From: Malacoraja senta
Taxonomy: Eukaryota
NCBI GenBank assembly: GCA_038087875.1
Contig: CM075991.1
Coordinates: 7,752,001-7,816,000 of the forward strand
Reading direction: 5' to 3'
Length of the DNA: 64,000 nt
Under the pieces are notes generated by a model. It was given only the letters and a program-made list of their open reading frames with translations, did not search any database and was not told the origin of the DNA. A program made the translations under genes and the position numbers. This document shows, in pieces, positions 1 through 11,164 of the stretch. Position 1 is the first letter of the stretch. Each line of letters starts with the position of its first letter.

Positions 1-287
1 GGTATACACATGTTGACCAACTCACTGGGAGAATTCCTTCCCAACATTGCTGTGAGATATTCCAACCTCACCGTGAGGCGTCGTGTCAGCTTTTGGTTTA
101 ACACCTCATTAGCGAAGTTTTCATCAGCGAGACCGCCTTCCAACTAAGCAGATTGGGCTTTTTGTTTGATCTTCCTGCCTTCTGATTCATATGTAGCCGA
201 TGCAAGCTGTTACTGTGTAACAGGCACTGCGCTACATTCATCACAAGTCCGGAATTTTCGTGCCGAACTGGTCTTGGGAACGAAATA

Positions 288-413
288 TGTAGGAAGGAAC
301 TGGCTTAATCCGAAGTCAAGACACAGAAAGCTGGAGTAACTCAGCGGGTCAGGCAGCTTCTCTGGAGAGAAGGAATGGGTGAGGTTTCGGGTCGAGACCC
401 TTCTTCAGACTGA
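288..413 (-). mobile_element. Short non-autonomous Penelope-derived repeat (pLTR with hammerhead-like core)
   Basis: Minus strand reads CTGAAGAagggtctcgacccGAAACctc...ttactccagc; homologous to the 3' end of the Penelope ORF copies at 5237-5850 and 54259-56022. Confidence 0.75.
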
Positions 414-893
414 GAGCCAGAGGACTAAACAGCACTAAGCGCGGTGCTAATCCCACCATGCATGTTATTTGTCGTGGACCCACTTTAATAACACCGCCTC
501 GTTCAATTTGGAACCGAGCCCGTAGTAAACCACACCTCAAATGACAAACACTTCATTAATCTAGGCGTCTTGTGCTGATTTGTACCACATAACATTTACA
601 ATCTTTCCAACACAAAATATATTCAGTTATTTTTAACCACACATTCTCTGCTTATTTCCCCTTATTTATGAATGTCAACACTATCTCTTGTAAACCAGCG
701 TCTGCGGTTCATTATGTCTTCGCTTCTGTCTTTGCCTCTGACCAGGTGAAAGATCGCAAGCATCCCTTCTCCTTGCGCGTTGCGAGGTTAAGCAACAAGT
801 TTACTGAGTAACGCCAGCGGTGCATAAGCAGAGCACGCAGAGACACACAAACTTTGGTAAGCATGGTCCGAGCTCTAACGGTTAATGCTGGTG

Positions 894-925
<32 letters not shown>

Positions 926-926
926 C
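894..926. repeat. Compound (TG)n(AG)n microsatellite
   Basis: Directly visible. Confidence 0.9.
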
Positions 927-1199
927 GGCCCCGTGTTGCTTTGCAATGCTGTCGATTCTTAAATAAGCCCTGTAACCTGTTCCATCTTTCGCAGTGGGTG
1001 CAAAGAGGCAACTGTCGTTTCATTCTGACCCTTCAGACAGATACACCCTGATTGCTTGCAGGGCAAAAAATAGCATATTTCAACACTTTCCCCACATTTT
1101 CTTCTCCCAGGTGATTTATTGCAAGTCCTCACTTTGATCCTGATCAGCACTGATGCCTCTGGCTGCATTTTCCTCCCTCTCCCTCTCCTTATTTACAGC

Positions 1200-1560
1200 A
1201 GTTTCAATGCTGCAAAACAGCAGCTCACGTCTCAACCTAGCCTGCCCGGGAGAGGCAGCGAAGATCCCGCCCCTCCGCTCCCATTGGCCGCCGGCAGCCC
1301 GTGGCGCCCAGCTCACGGCGCCGATTGGCGGAGCTCGCTGTCCGTCACCGCCTCCCAGCAGGTTAGGCTGCGCGCAGCAGGTTGCAAAAGGAGTCCTGGA
1401 TTTCGCCGGCCGAGACGGAGTGCCTCTGTGGTGTCAGGTGCGGGCTGCCAGCGCGGCGCGAAAGGACCCGCTGCCGCACGGCCGCGCACCCCACCGACCC
1501 CAACACGCCCCGATATCGATAGAGTTAAAGAAGACGCAGTGTTTGCGAAGGTTTTCTTTC
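1200..1560 (+). promoter_or_regulatory. CpG island / probable promoter and 5' UTR of a host gene
   Basis: Non-repeat GC/CpG-rich stretch with GC box CCCGCCCC (1266-1273) and two inverted CCAAT boxes (ATTGG 1283-1287, 1324-1328); followed by ATGs and a splice donor. Confidence 0.7.
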
Positions 1561-1614
1561 CCTCTCGCCCAGGGACCATCAAGAGAAGGGGACCATGGAG
1601 AGCTGCTCCTGAGA

Positions 1615-1669
1615 ATGTGCTGCTGGTTGCTGTCATTGACTCTCTGCGCCATAAGTCGAGGGGAGAAAG
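1615..1669 (+). CDS. Probable first coding exon (signal peptide) of a secreted or membrane protein; phase-1 intron follows
   Basis: ATG 1615 gives MCCWLLSLTLCAISRGEK+G, hydrophobic core then S-R-G; ends at AAG|GTAAGG donor (GT 1670-1671); directly downstream of the CpG island. Confidence 0.55.
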
Positions 1670-2315
1670 GTAAGGGGGCAATGCAATGGATATATTGTCA
1701 TTTGGTGGAAGGCGGGGAGGAAATGCATTGTACTGCCACAGTCTGCACCTTGTATGGTTTTGGTCTGTTAAGTTCAGTCAATGGTAAGAAGTGGCAATCT
1801 GATCCTGTCACTTGTAAAGGCAGTTCCACTCACGCCCTCTGCTATCACCTTGCTTCCCCTTACTCCTGCCTCGCTCGTTTCATCCAGGACCAAGTTTTCA
1901 AAAAAATACTGCATAATTTCAGAATAGAGAGAAAATAATAGTTTTTGTTTTGCATATGTGTTGCTAAAATTAAAAAAATACACTCGTATGGAAATAGAAG
2001 GGGGTCAGTGAATAGAGGTGAACAATATCTGTTTTGTTTCCACTCCAATCTGTGTCTTTGACTGCATCGATTTTTCAATTACTGACACACAACGACCGAG
2101 AACTGTTGCAAACTGCTCCCTTCCTCCTCTTTCATCTCCCGCTCGCCAATGGCCAGTTGGTACAGCACATCGCGCTACTATACACTCCCTGAGACCCACC
2201 TCGCCGCTCGAAAGTTGAGAAAGTTCTACCAATTACGTCTTAAGTGGAACTGCCTCGGGTTTATCTATTGGAATAAATCGTGGGGGGGTGGTGACCCCCA
2301 ATTGAATTTACCAAT

Positions 2316-2650
2316 AGAGTCATAGTGTGATACAGCGTGGAAACAGGCCCTTTGGCTAAACTTACCCACACTGGCCAACATGTCCCAGCTACACTCGTCC
2401 CACCTGCCCGCGTTTGGTCCATATCCCTGCAAACCTGGCCTATCCATGTACCTGTCTAACTTTTTCTTAAACGGTGGGATAGTCCCCAGCCTCCACCACC
2501 TCCTCTGGCAGCTTGTTCCATACACCCACCACCCTTTGTGTGAAAAAATTACCCCTCCGATTCCCATTAAATCGTTTCCCCTTCACCTTAAACCTATGTC
2601 CTCTGGTCGTCGATTCAGCTACTCTGGGCAAGGGAGTCTGTATACTCTCT
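2316..2650 (-). mobile_element. CR1/HER1-type LINE 3' fragment
   Basis: Minus-strand peptide TRGHRFKVKGKRFNGNRRGNFFTQRVVGVWNKLPEEVVEA is the CR1 ORF2 C-terminus; tail shared with HE1 SINEs. Confidence 0.85.
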
Positions 2651-4129
2651 CCGGAGTCTGTGTATCTGTTCTTTATTTGGTTAGCCTTTTTTTTTGTATT
2701 GATGTTGCAATATTTGTTTGTATGGGCATTATATTTGTCCCAACATGAAACCACTTGGCATCCTGGCAATACATAACGGCATTTAGTTCTCATTTCCAAC
2801 CTGCCAAGTGGTATTGGAGTCACAGAATGGGCGAGACTTAGAACAGTCCATATTGACAGCAAGTTCATTTGACCCGCGTGTGAAGTGTAGGACACTATTA
2901 CTGGGAAGCTTCCTAACATGCATTGTCCCAGCTTACCCACCGCACAGGTAGATTAATACATTGTTTAAACCTGTATAACATTGAAAACAAATGCCTCCCA
3001 TGTTTACCTTCTGGATTCCTGTTCACGGAAAACAAGTACGAACAAAAACAGTTCGTAGAAGTTAGCAATGAATTTCCAATCGCCTTTAAATTTTTTTTTA
3101 AAAAAGTTATGCTTAAAATATAGTACTTAACACGTTATTTCCCTCCCATCCAGCACAGCTGGAGACATTCCCTTCATACACCATTTGAAGCTCACTGGTC
3201 AGTTTTTCTTAAGGAGGGTCGGAATTTATTAGCTGATCATAAATCAGGGGGAAACAATCTCTCCATTAACACGACTGTTGTTAGGGGTAGGGGTTAAAAT
3301 GGTTTGCACTCTGGAAACGAAGCTTGCAATCTCTCTGCGCCTGTAATCATGTGCCAATTGCTGGGGGAATATGCTTCAACTATTTCAATGATATTGGGAT
3401 TTTAGTTCTTCAAATCAAATATTATTCACGTGTTTTTTTTTTTTTTTGCCTTAATATTACCCTGCTGTGCTATGGTTTTTGTTGGTGTTGCTGTATTGAA
3501 TCTGTATAAAATAATGCAAATTAAATGTAGCTTGTGTTTTGTAAATATTGTTCAGATTGATTGATTGGTTTTCATCCTGTCGGGGTGTGCCGCCTTCTGG
3601 TGGCGCTCGGAACTGCACTAGCCTTTGCAGCCTGAATTGCTAGTGTATCATTCTGACCTTCTGAAGGGCAGTAGGGATTTCTGTTCAGTTAGGGTTAAGG
3701 TTCAATCAACAGGCCCGTTCTGCATAATTGGAATGTTAATGGAATCAATTGTGCACCTTGCCAGTCAATCTTGTCGACAAAAAAATCACTGCTGTTTATT
3801 GAGGTTAAAAGATATATCAAACTTCACATTTATTGACGTCCTATTCCAGTCCCCCCCCCCCCCCCCCAGTTGTTTCTGTTCATTGCAACTGATGTCTTTC
3901 ATTGAAACAATGGCCGGGAACTGTCACAGAGCATATGCCTCCGTATTCACTATAGATGTTGCCCAGAAGCAGGACATTAGATATTGAGCAGACAACTGCT
4001 AGGATTGGTTTTGCTGATCTGAAGTAAATTCTGTGACTGTGAGATGGGGAGAGAAATTGAAACGGACCTTCTGACAACCCAATGGTATGATCCTTTAATT
4101 CTCCAATATGAGGATAATTAAATCCTCTA

Positions 4130-4597
4130 ATGAACTCTTACTTCCCCCCTTTCTCCCTCACCTTCCACCCCCTTCCCATTGCCTCACACGGACTCTCACC
4201 TATTTCCTCCCCCCCCCCCCAAAAATAACTTTCCTCCCTCTAGATTCACAATTCCCCACTGTTTAGTCCTGTCTCACACCCCTGTTTTTATCTATGGCCT
4301 TTGATCCAACCATCTGCCCATTAATTTCCCTCCTGTGATAAATACAGTTCTATTGTATCGTAAACACCCTCCTCATCTGTGTCCACTTATTACCTGTCAC
4401 GCTTTGTCCGGCCTCTCCCCTCTTCCAGATTTTTCTCTTCTCTTTCCCCCTCTCGCCCCCCCCCCCCCCAATCAGTAGGGTCTCGACCCGAAAGGTCACC
4501 TATCCATGTTCCCCAGAGATGCTGCCTGACCCGCCGAGTTACTCCAGCAATTGATGTCTTTTTGTGTATTAACCAGTATCTGCAGCTCATTCTTTCT
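4130..4597 (+). mobile_element. Penelope-derived 3' region / pLTR remnant
   Basis: Pyrimidine-rich tract, then gggtctcgacccgaaaggtcacc...ttactccagc...tctgcag as in the other copies. Confidence 0.65.
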
Positions 4598-5236
4598 ACT
4601 TTTGGGAGAAACCTTTTTGTATTTGCAGATATGACTGGATAGACAGCAACATTTCCTTGCTTGAACAATGGTCATATTTAACGCTGCATTTTCATAACTG
4701 GAAGGTTTTGGCAAATGAAAGGAGGAGGGAGGGAGTGGAGACTTCATTCATTATAAAAATATATGTTTTTGTATAAGCTTTTATTTTTGCCCCTAAGTTG
4801 TTGGCATTTTTTTTAACACGCCAGGAGCCTGCAGAAATGCAAGTTGAAATTTGCATGCACAGCACAGCTGTGATTGAGCATTTAGCCGGAATTGGATAAC
4901 TGTTAAGTTAAAACAAATTGCTGGCAGCGTTGCACATCACCATTTTAGCATGGATAATGTGAGAGAATGCAGATGCACTGAATTTGCCAGGCTGATCCAC
5001 AATTGCCATAATTGACTACTTTATTGATTTACTGACATATCCTCCCTCGCATCTGCCCTTCCCTCTTAGTCACTTCCATCTTGTCGCTGCCTTCCTCTGC
5101 GCAGGTTTGACAACTGCAATGCAAGAGCCTTGTCGTGTTTCTCTACTGAAAAAACTGGGATGTAGAGGGCGCGACGTGGGATTAATGAGGATTTAATTAA
5201 AGATGGTTCTGCAATGCAAAGCTGTTGTACCGACCC

Positions 5237-5850
5237 GACACAAGGCTGGAGTAACTCAGCGGGACAGGCAGCATCTCTGGAGAGGAATGGGTGATATTTC
5301 GGGTCGAGACCCTTCTTCAGACTAAAAAGTCACGGGAAAGGGAGACGAGAGATATGGATGATGATGTAGAGAGATATAGAACAAATGAATGAAATGTATG
5401 CAAAATTGTAGGAATGATAAGGGAAACAGGCCATTGGTAGCTGTTTGCTAGGTGAGACTTGGGTGGGGGAGGGATAGAGGGAGAGAGAGGGAGAGAGAGA
5501 ATGCAGGGGTTCAAGTTAGAGAAATCAATATTCATACCCCTGGGTTTCAAGCTTCCCAAGTGAAATATGAATACTCTTTCTTCAATTTGTGTTTAGCCTC
5601 ACTCTGACAATGGAGGAGGCCTAGGACAGAAAGGTCAGTGTGGGAATGGGAGGGGGAGTTAAAGTGTTTGGCAACCGAGAGATCGGGTAGGTTGAGGCGG
5701 ACTGAGCGAAGGTGTTCAGCGAAACAATCGCCCAGTCTACGTTTGGTCTCACCGATGTATAAGAGCCCACATCTTGAACAATGGATGAGGTTGGAGGAGG
5801 TGCAAGTGAACCTCTGCCTAACCTGAAAGAACTGTCGGGGTCCCTGGGCA
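5237..5850 (-). mobile_element. Penelope-like element 3' fragment (GIY-YIG endonuclease + pLTR)
   Basis: FQVRQRFTCTSSNLIHCSRCGLLYIGETKRRLGDCFAEHLRSV; followed by pLTR with hammerhead-like core at 5291-5321. Confidence 0.9.
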
Positions 5851-6069
5851 GAGACGAGGGAGGAGGTATGGGGACTTTTATCCTTTTGTTTGGATTTACT
5901 GACAATTGCCGTGAGATGGGATGTTGGTTTATTTTTTTTATTTTTTTCTCTCCCTCGTGCTTCCATTGCCCTGCCCCACAACTACTAATTCCAGCAGCGC
6001 ACACACACACGCACGCACGCACGCACGCGATTGATAAACGCCAAGGAGCAAGGCAGTCCCTCAGGACAT

Positions 6070-6520
6070 TGATTCAGATTCAAACTTTATTGTCATTGTG
6101 CAGTGTACAAATACAGAGACAACAAAATGTGGTTAGCATCTCACCCAGAAGTGCGAACACAGAATAATGGAACAGAAAAAAATATATATATATACGTATA
6201 TACAGTAGCAGTAATGCAATTTTCAGGGGGGGGGGGGGAAAGATCAGTCACTGGGGGAAGGAGTGTCCGGGGGGGGGGGGGGTGACTGGCAATCACCAAG
6301 GTGCAGAGTTAAGTAGGGTAACAGCCGCAGGGAAGTAGCTGTTCCTGAACCTGCTGGTCCGGGAATGGAGAGACCTGTAGCGCCTCCCGGATGGGAGGAG
6401 GGTAAACAGTCTGTGGTTGGGGTGAGAGCAGTCCTTGACGATGCTGCGCGCCCTTCGCAGACGTCGCTTGCTCTGGACAGACTCAATGGAGGGGAGTGAG
6501 GAACCGGTGATGCGTTGGCA
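6070..6520 (-). mobile_element. Rex1/Babar-type LINE 3' fragment
   Basis: Minus frame reads HPNHRLFTLLPSGRRYRSLHSRTSRFRNSYFPAAVTLLN, then AATAAA and a short-repeat tail. Confidence 0.8.
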
Positions 6521-7009
6521 ACCGAGTTGTCAAGGTGGCTGTGCACTTGGTTGAGAGTTCCAGTTTTGATCAATTGGCAGTTGCATCACTCCTTCTTGAA
6601 TATGGAGATCAATGTCGAGAGTGTTCGCAAATGCTGTCGTTATACGCTGACCATTTTTTTCCCAAATATGTTGTTTTTTTCACCTTCCCACGGTGCTGTT
6701 GGGAATGGCTGTCAGAATAGAAAATGTAAGCTTGGCTCTGGAGACCCATTGCTTATCAGTCATCCAGTCCATTACTGAACTGCTGCCTCCCTTGAGGCAC
6801 ACTATTTATCTTACATAATGAAAGTCTATTGTGATGCGTGTCACATTTTAAATGTATATTTGGCACAATATCCCTTATTCCTCTTGTTGGTCCCCTTTGT
6901 CACCATCTACCTACTTTGGTTGTGGCTGCTTCTCCTGGTGCTTGGTCGATCCTTCAAACTACTGAGGGCGGTAATCACCGCAGGAAATCCAACAGTGAAT
7001 TTGATTCAA

Positions 7010-7420
7010 ATAGAGTCTTACACCGCGGAGACAGGCCCTTCGGCCCAACTTGCACATGCTGACCAAAGTGCCCCGTCTACACCCGTCGCACCTGCCTGCA
7101 TTTGGCCCATATCCCTCTCTACCTATCCTATCTTATGTTCCTGTCTAAATGTTTCTAAAACGTTGCGACTGTATCTGCCTCAACTACCTCCTCCAGCAGC
7201 TCGTTCCATACACCCACCATCCTTTGTGTGTGGTTAGTGGGGGGGAAAAAACCCTCTGGTTCCTATTAAATCTTTCCCCCGCTCCACCCTAAACCTACGT
7301 CCTCAGGTTCTCGATTCCCCCTACTCTGGGCGAGAGACTCTCTCTCTGCATTTACCCAATCGATTCCAAACATGATTTTGCACACCTCGATAAGATCAGC
7401 CCTCATCCTCCTGTGTGCTC
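7010..7420 (-). mobile_element. CR1/HER1-type LINE 3' fragment
   Basis: Homologous to 2316-2650. Confidence 0.75.
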
Positions 7421-7465
7421 CCTGGCATAAAGTCCTTGGAAATAATGACGATGATCTATGCCTGT

Positions 7466-7530
7466 ACCAATGAGTATGTTAACTTACCCACGTGACAGAG
7501 TCGCATGGGTAACTTAACATACTCATTGGT
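7466..7530. repeat. 65-bp near-perfect inverted repeat
   Basis: 31-bp arms (7466-7496 / 7500-7530), 3 differences, 3-nt loop AGA. Confidence 0.9.
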
Positions 7531-7923
7531 GAAGTGGGCAGTTGATTGTGTCTTGAATAGGGTCATGTTTACTTGATAATGGAAGGATGGGGGTTATATG
7601 GATGTCGATCAGTGATAGTCTTGGACCAACATTGTGGACAAAAGGGCCTGTTTTTGTGCCGCGCATTGCTCCATGTTCTATATTGATACACTTCAATCCC
7701 ACCTCTGTGGAATCCTGCTTCATTTACACATTTTATTTTCCTAGTTCGGTCTTTTTTTTGGTGCCAGTTTTTGCTTCGATGCCTCCATCTCTTGGCCGCT
7801 TCCAAGCTGTCTCTCCAGCCCGTTTCAATTGGATGGTACAATAAATTTATCTTCTTCTTATCGAGTCCACACACAAGATTAGAAGTTGCTCAGCCAGAGC
7901 TGAACACACTTCGCTGCATCTGC

Positions 7924-8373
7924 ATACATAGAAACATGGAAACATAGAAAATAGGTGCAGGAGTGGGCCATGTGGCCCTTCGAGCCTGCACCGCCATTCA
8001 ATATGATCATGGCTGATCATCCAACTCGGTATCCTGTATCTGCCTTCTCTCCATACCCCCTGATCCCTTTAGCCACAAGGGTCACATCTAACTCCCTCTT
8101 AAATATAGCCAATGAACTGGCCACAACTACCTTCTGTGGCAGAGAATTCCAGAGATTCACCACTCTCTGTGTGAAAAAAAAAATTCTCATCTCGGTCCTA
8201 AAAGACTTCCCCCTTATCCTCAAACTGTGACCCCTTGTTCTGGACTTGCCCAACATCGGGAACAATCTTCCTGCATCTAGCCTGTCCAACCCCTTAAGAA
8301 CTTTGTACGTTTCTATAAGATCCCCCCTCAATCTTCTAAATTCTAGCGAGTACAAGCCGAGTCTATCCAGTCT
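7924..8373 (-). mobile_element. CR1 LINE 3' fragment
   Basis: RLDRLGLYSLEFRRLRGDLIETYK...GEKADTGY plus 3' UTR and TTCTATGT-type tail. Confidence 0.9.
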
Positions 8374-8574
8374 GGCTATCCAATGTGTCTGTCTTGTGTT
8401 TCTTGTGCGTGGTGGTGGAAAGATTGGTGGAAACGGGGGCCGCGACATGAACGCTCTTTCCTTGACCCCAAGAATTTTATGAGAGGCAGGATCTTAATGA
8501 AAGCAGCGCTGGAGGGGAATTGTGGTTGGGTCAGTCGATAGCCAATATGAACAGGAGAGTACAGGATCAGGCCA

Positions 8575-8826
8575 GAGACCAGGTTTCATCGTGACTGCAG
8601 GTGCTGTCTGTACGGAGTTTGCACGTTCTCCCAGTGACCGTCAGGGTATTCTCCCGGTGCTCCGGTTTCCTCCCACACTCCAAATTCGTACAGGTTTGTA
8701 GTTTGATTGGCTTCTGCAAATTGCCCTTGGTGTGTAGGATGGTGCTAGCGTATGAGGCGATCGCAGGTCGGCACGGACTCGGTGGGCCGAAGGGCCTTTT
8801 TCCACATTGTATCTGTAAGGTAAAGT
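8575..8826 (+). mobile_element. HE1-like V-SINE
   Basis: B-box remnant, V-domain ggtgctccggtttcctcccacactcc, LINE-derived tail gggccgaagggcc. Confidence 0.8.
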
Positions 8827-8982
8827 CTATTGTAAATGTGATAATGGGGCACTTTGAGAAGTGGCAAGATCGGGCAAAGTCGATGTGGACATAAATGGGA
8901 ACTTGGGCATGACAAGTTCACTTTTTGCAAATGTAAAAGAGGGGATATGGGGAAAATTCTAAGGTAGTTCTACAGAATAAAT

Positions 8983-9325
8983 GCACAAAGTGCTGGAGTA
9001 ACTCAGTGGGTCAGGCAGCACCTCTGAATAGGAGATGTTTCAGGTTCAGTCTGAAGAAGGACCCTGACTCAAAATGTCACCTATTCACATTCGCTAAAGA
9101 TGCTGCATGACCCGCTGAGTTACTCCAGCACTTTGTCACTTTTTGTGTATTAACCAGCATCTCCAGTTCCTTGTGTCTCATTTCTGCAGAACAGTGGATT
9201 GACAAAGAACTGCAGATGCTGGTTAATACATGAAAGGGCAGAAAGTGCTGGAGTAACCCAGTGGGTCTGGCAGCATCTCTGGAGAACAAGGATGGGTGAC
9301 GATTTGGATCGGGAACCTTCTTCAG
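8983..9325. mobile_element. Cluster of short Penelope-derived repeats in alternating orientation
   Basis: Three pLTR pieces (-,+,-) sharing gctggagtaactcag / ctgagttactccagc. Confidence 0.75.
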
Positions 9326-9397
9326 AGTGAAACCAAATTTTGGCAAAGTAAACATACAAATGCTTCTCTACCATGTTTGACTGAGGGAGAATTTCAC

Positions 9398-10275
9398 AAG
9401 TTATAGGAGCAGAATTAGGCCATTCGGCCTGACGAGTCTACTCCGCCATTTAATCATGGCTGATCTCCGTCTCCTAATCCCATTTTCCCACTTTCTTCCC
9501 ATAACCTTGACACCTGTTCTAATCAAGAATCTGTCTATCTCTGCCTTAAAACATATCCACTGACAACCCTTGTGGCAATGAGTTCCACAGATTAACTACC
9601 CTCTGACTAAAGTTCCTCCTTACTGCCTTTCTAAAAGAGCCCCCTTTAATTCATGACCTCTGGTCCTTGACTCTTCCACCAGTGGAAACCTCCTTTTCCA
9701 CATCCACTCTGTCTTCCATTATTCTGTAAGTTTCAATGAGGTCCCTCCTCAACCTTCTAAACTCCAGCGAGTACAGGCCCAGTGCTGTCAAACGCTCATC
9801 ATATGCTAATGGGCCTGTCCCACTGTACGAGCTAATTCAAGAGTTCTCCCGCGTTTCCCCTGATTCGAACTTGGAGAATTACGGTAATAGCCGTTTTTCA
9901 ACATGTTGAAAAAATCTTCACGAGTCTTCCCGAGCTTACCGCGTTTCCCGAGTACCTGCTGTTACCGTTACGAGCCGTTAAGAGACGTCCCGAGCTCCGA
10001 CGTACCCGCTACGTACATTCTACGTACTTACCACGAGTTTGATCTTTTTTTAAACTCGGGAGAGCTCTTGAATTAGCTCGTACAGTGGGACAGCCCCTTA
10101 ACCCTCTCTCATGCCTGGAATCTTGCTTGTAAACCTCCTCTGGACCCTCTCCAGACCCAGCACATCCGTCCTCAGATACGGGTCCCCAATTTGCTCCCAG
10201 TGCTGCAAGTGCAGCCTGACCAGCGCCTTGTAGAACCTCAGCATTGCATCCCTGTTTTTTTGCATAGCTCCTCTG
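9398..10275 (-). mobile_element. Older CR1 fragment interrupted by a MITE
   Basis: LERVQRRFT motif and CR1 3' UTR; sequence resumes on both sides of 9810-10098. Confidence 0.75.
9810..10098. mobile_element. Harbinger-like MITE (NGGGCCTGTCCCACT TIR family)
   Basis: About 42-bp TIRs; TAA target duplication at 9807-9809 and 10099-10101. Confidence 0.85.
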
Positions 10276-10936
10276 TTAACTCCGTCCGTTTTTTGTCTTT
10301 TCACTGATGTCCCTGACCCCGCTGAGCCCACTCAGCGTTCGTCTCTTCATTCCATAATTTGCCGCATGTTTTATATTGCACCCTGATGCGTGCGAGTGCT
10401 TTCTTCTGTAAAATTGGGAAATATTGTGCTTTTGATACCTCAAGGGCGTGATTATGCTCATCTCTGCCGAGACGAATGTGCTCGTGGTACGGCTCCGACT
10501 GCTGTATGGCTTGCCTGCCGACCATTAGTCAAGCGCTAATCGAGTGTTAAACATTGAAGTGGAGCATTATTAGTTTTATATTTATTTAGTGTGCATTATT
10601 ATATATGGCACTCGTAAATAAATCAGCGGATGTGCTCTTGTCAGCTCATTATTAGCTCTTATTTTCTCCACTCTTTATAGCCTCCTCGCTTCAAGGTGCT
10701 AAATCCTTCTGCCATGCCCGCCGGCATTTATGTGATCAACATTTCCTGACATTTAAAATGGCCAATATTCCGATCTGATTTTTTTAAAAAAGAAATACAT
10801 TTTAACACCTCCCACCGCGTTGGTGTTAGCAGGCTGCTGCAAGTTAATTATTACTAACCTCAGTTAGACACAGGGGCATAACAGGGACTCTTGCCTGCAA
10901 TGCAGTCTTTTCATGGTATAGGGCACAGGATCTCTC

Positions 10937-11072
10937 CAGTCTGAAGAAGTGTCTCGACCCGAAACGTCACCCATTCCGTCTCTCCAGAGATGCTCCCTGT
11001 CCTGCTAAGTTACCCCAACATTTTGTGTCTGTCTTCGGTTTCAACCAGCATCTGCAGTTCCTTCCTACACAT
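10937..11072 (+). mobile_element. Short Penelope-derived repeat with near-intact minimal hammerhead core
   Basis: CTGAAGA (10941-10947), stem II, GAAAC-GTC (10961-10968), then family tail ...cttcctacaca. Confidence 0.8.
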
Positions 11073-11164
11073 CTCTCGTATACAATGCATTATGTTTCAC
11101 ACACAGTGTGGGCCAAAGTTGCGTATGATCCCTTGCATATAATCCATATTCCCTCAATACCATG

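Noticed and set aside
1615..1669. Assigning a gene name (faint resemblance to Ig-superfamily receptor signal peptides)
   Set aside because: Signal peptides are too generic and no second exon is in the window
1119..1938. 184-aa and 261-aa ORFs over the CpG island
   Set aside because: GC-rich stop avoidance; no domain; they start at non-ATG or weak codons and run up to or through a splice donor. Only 1615-1669 is retained.
3851..3867. Poly-C/poly-G runs here and elsewhere as G-quadruplex signals
   Set aside because: Simple homopolymers of unreliable length, mostly inside repeats; no positional pattern seen
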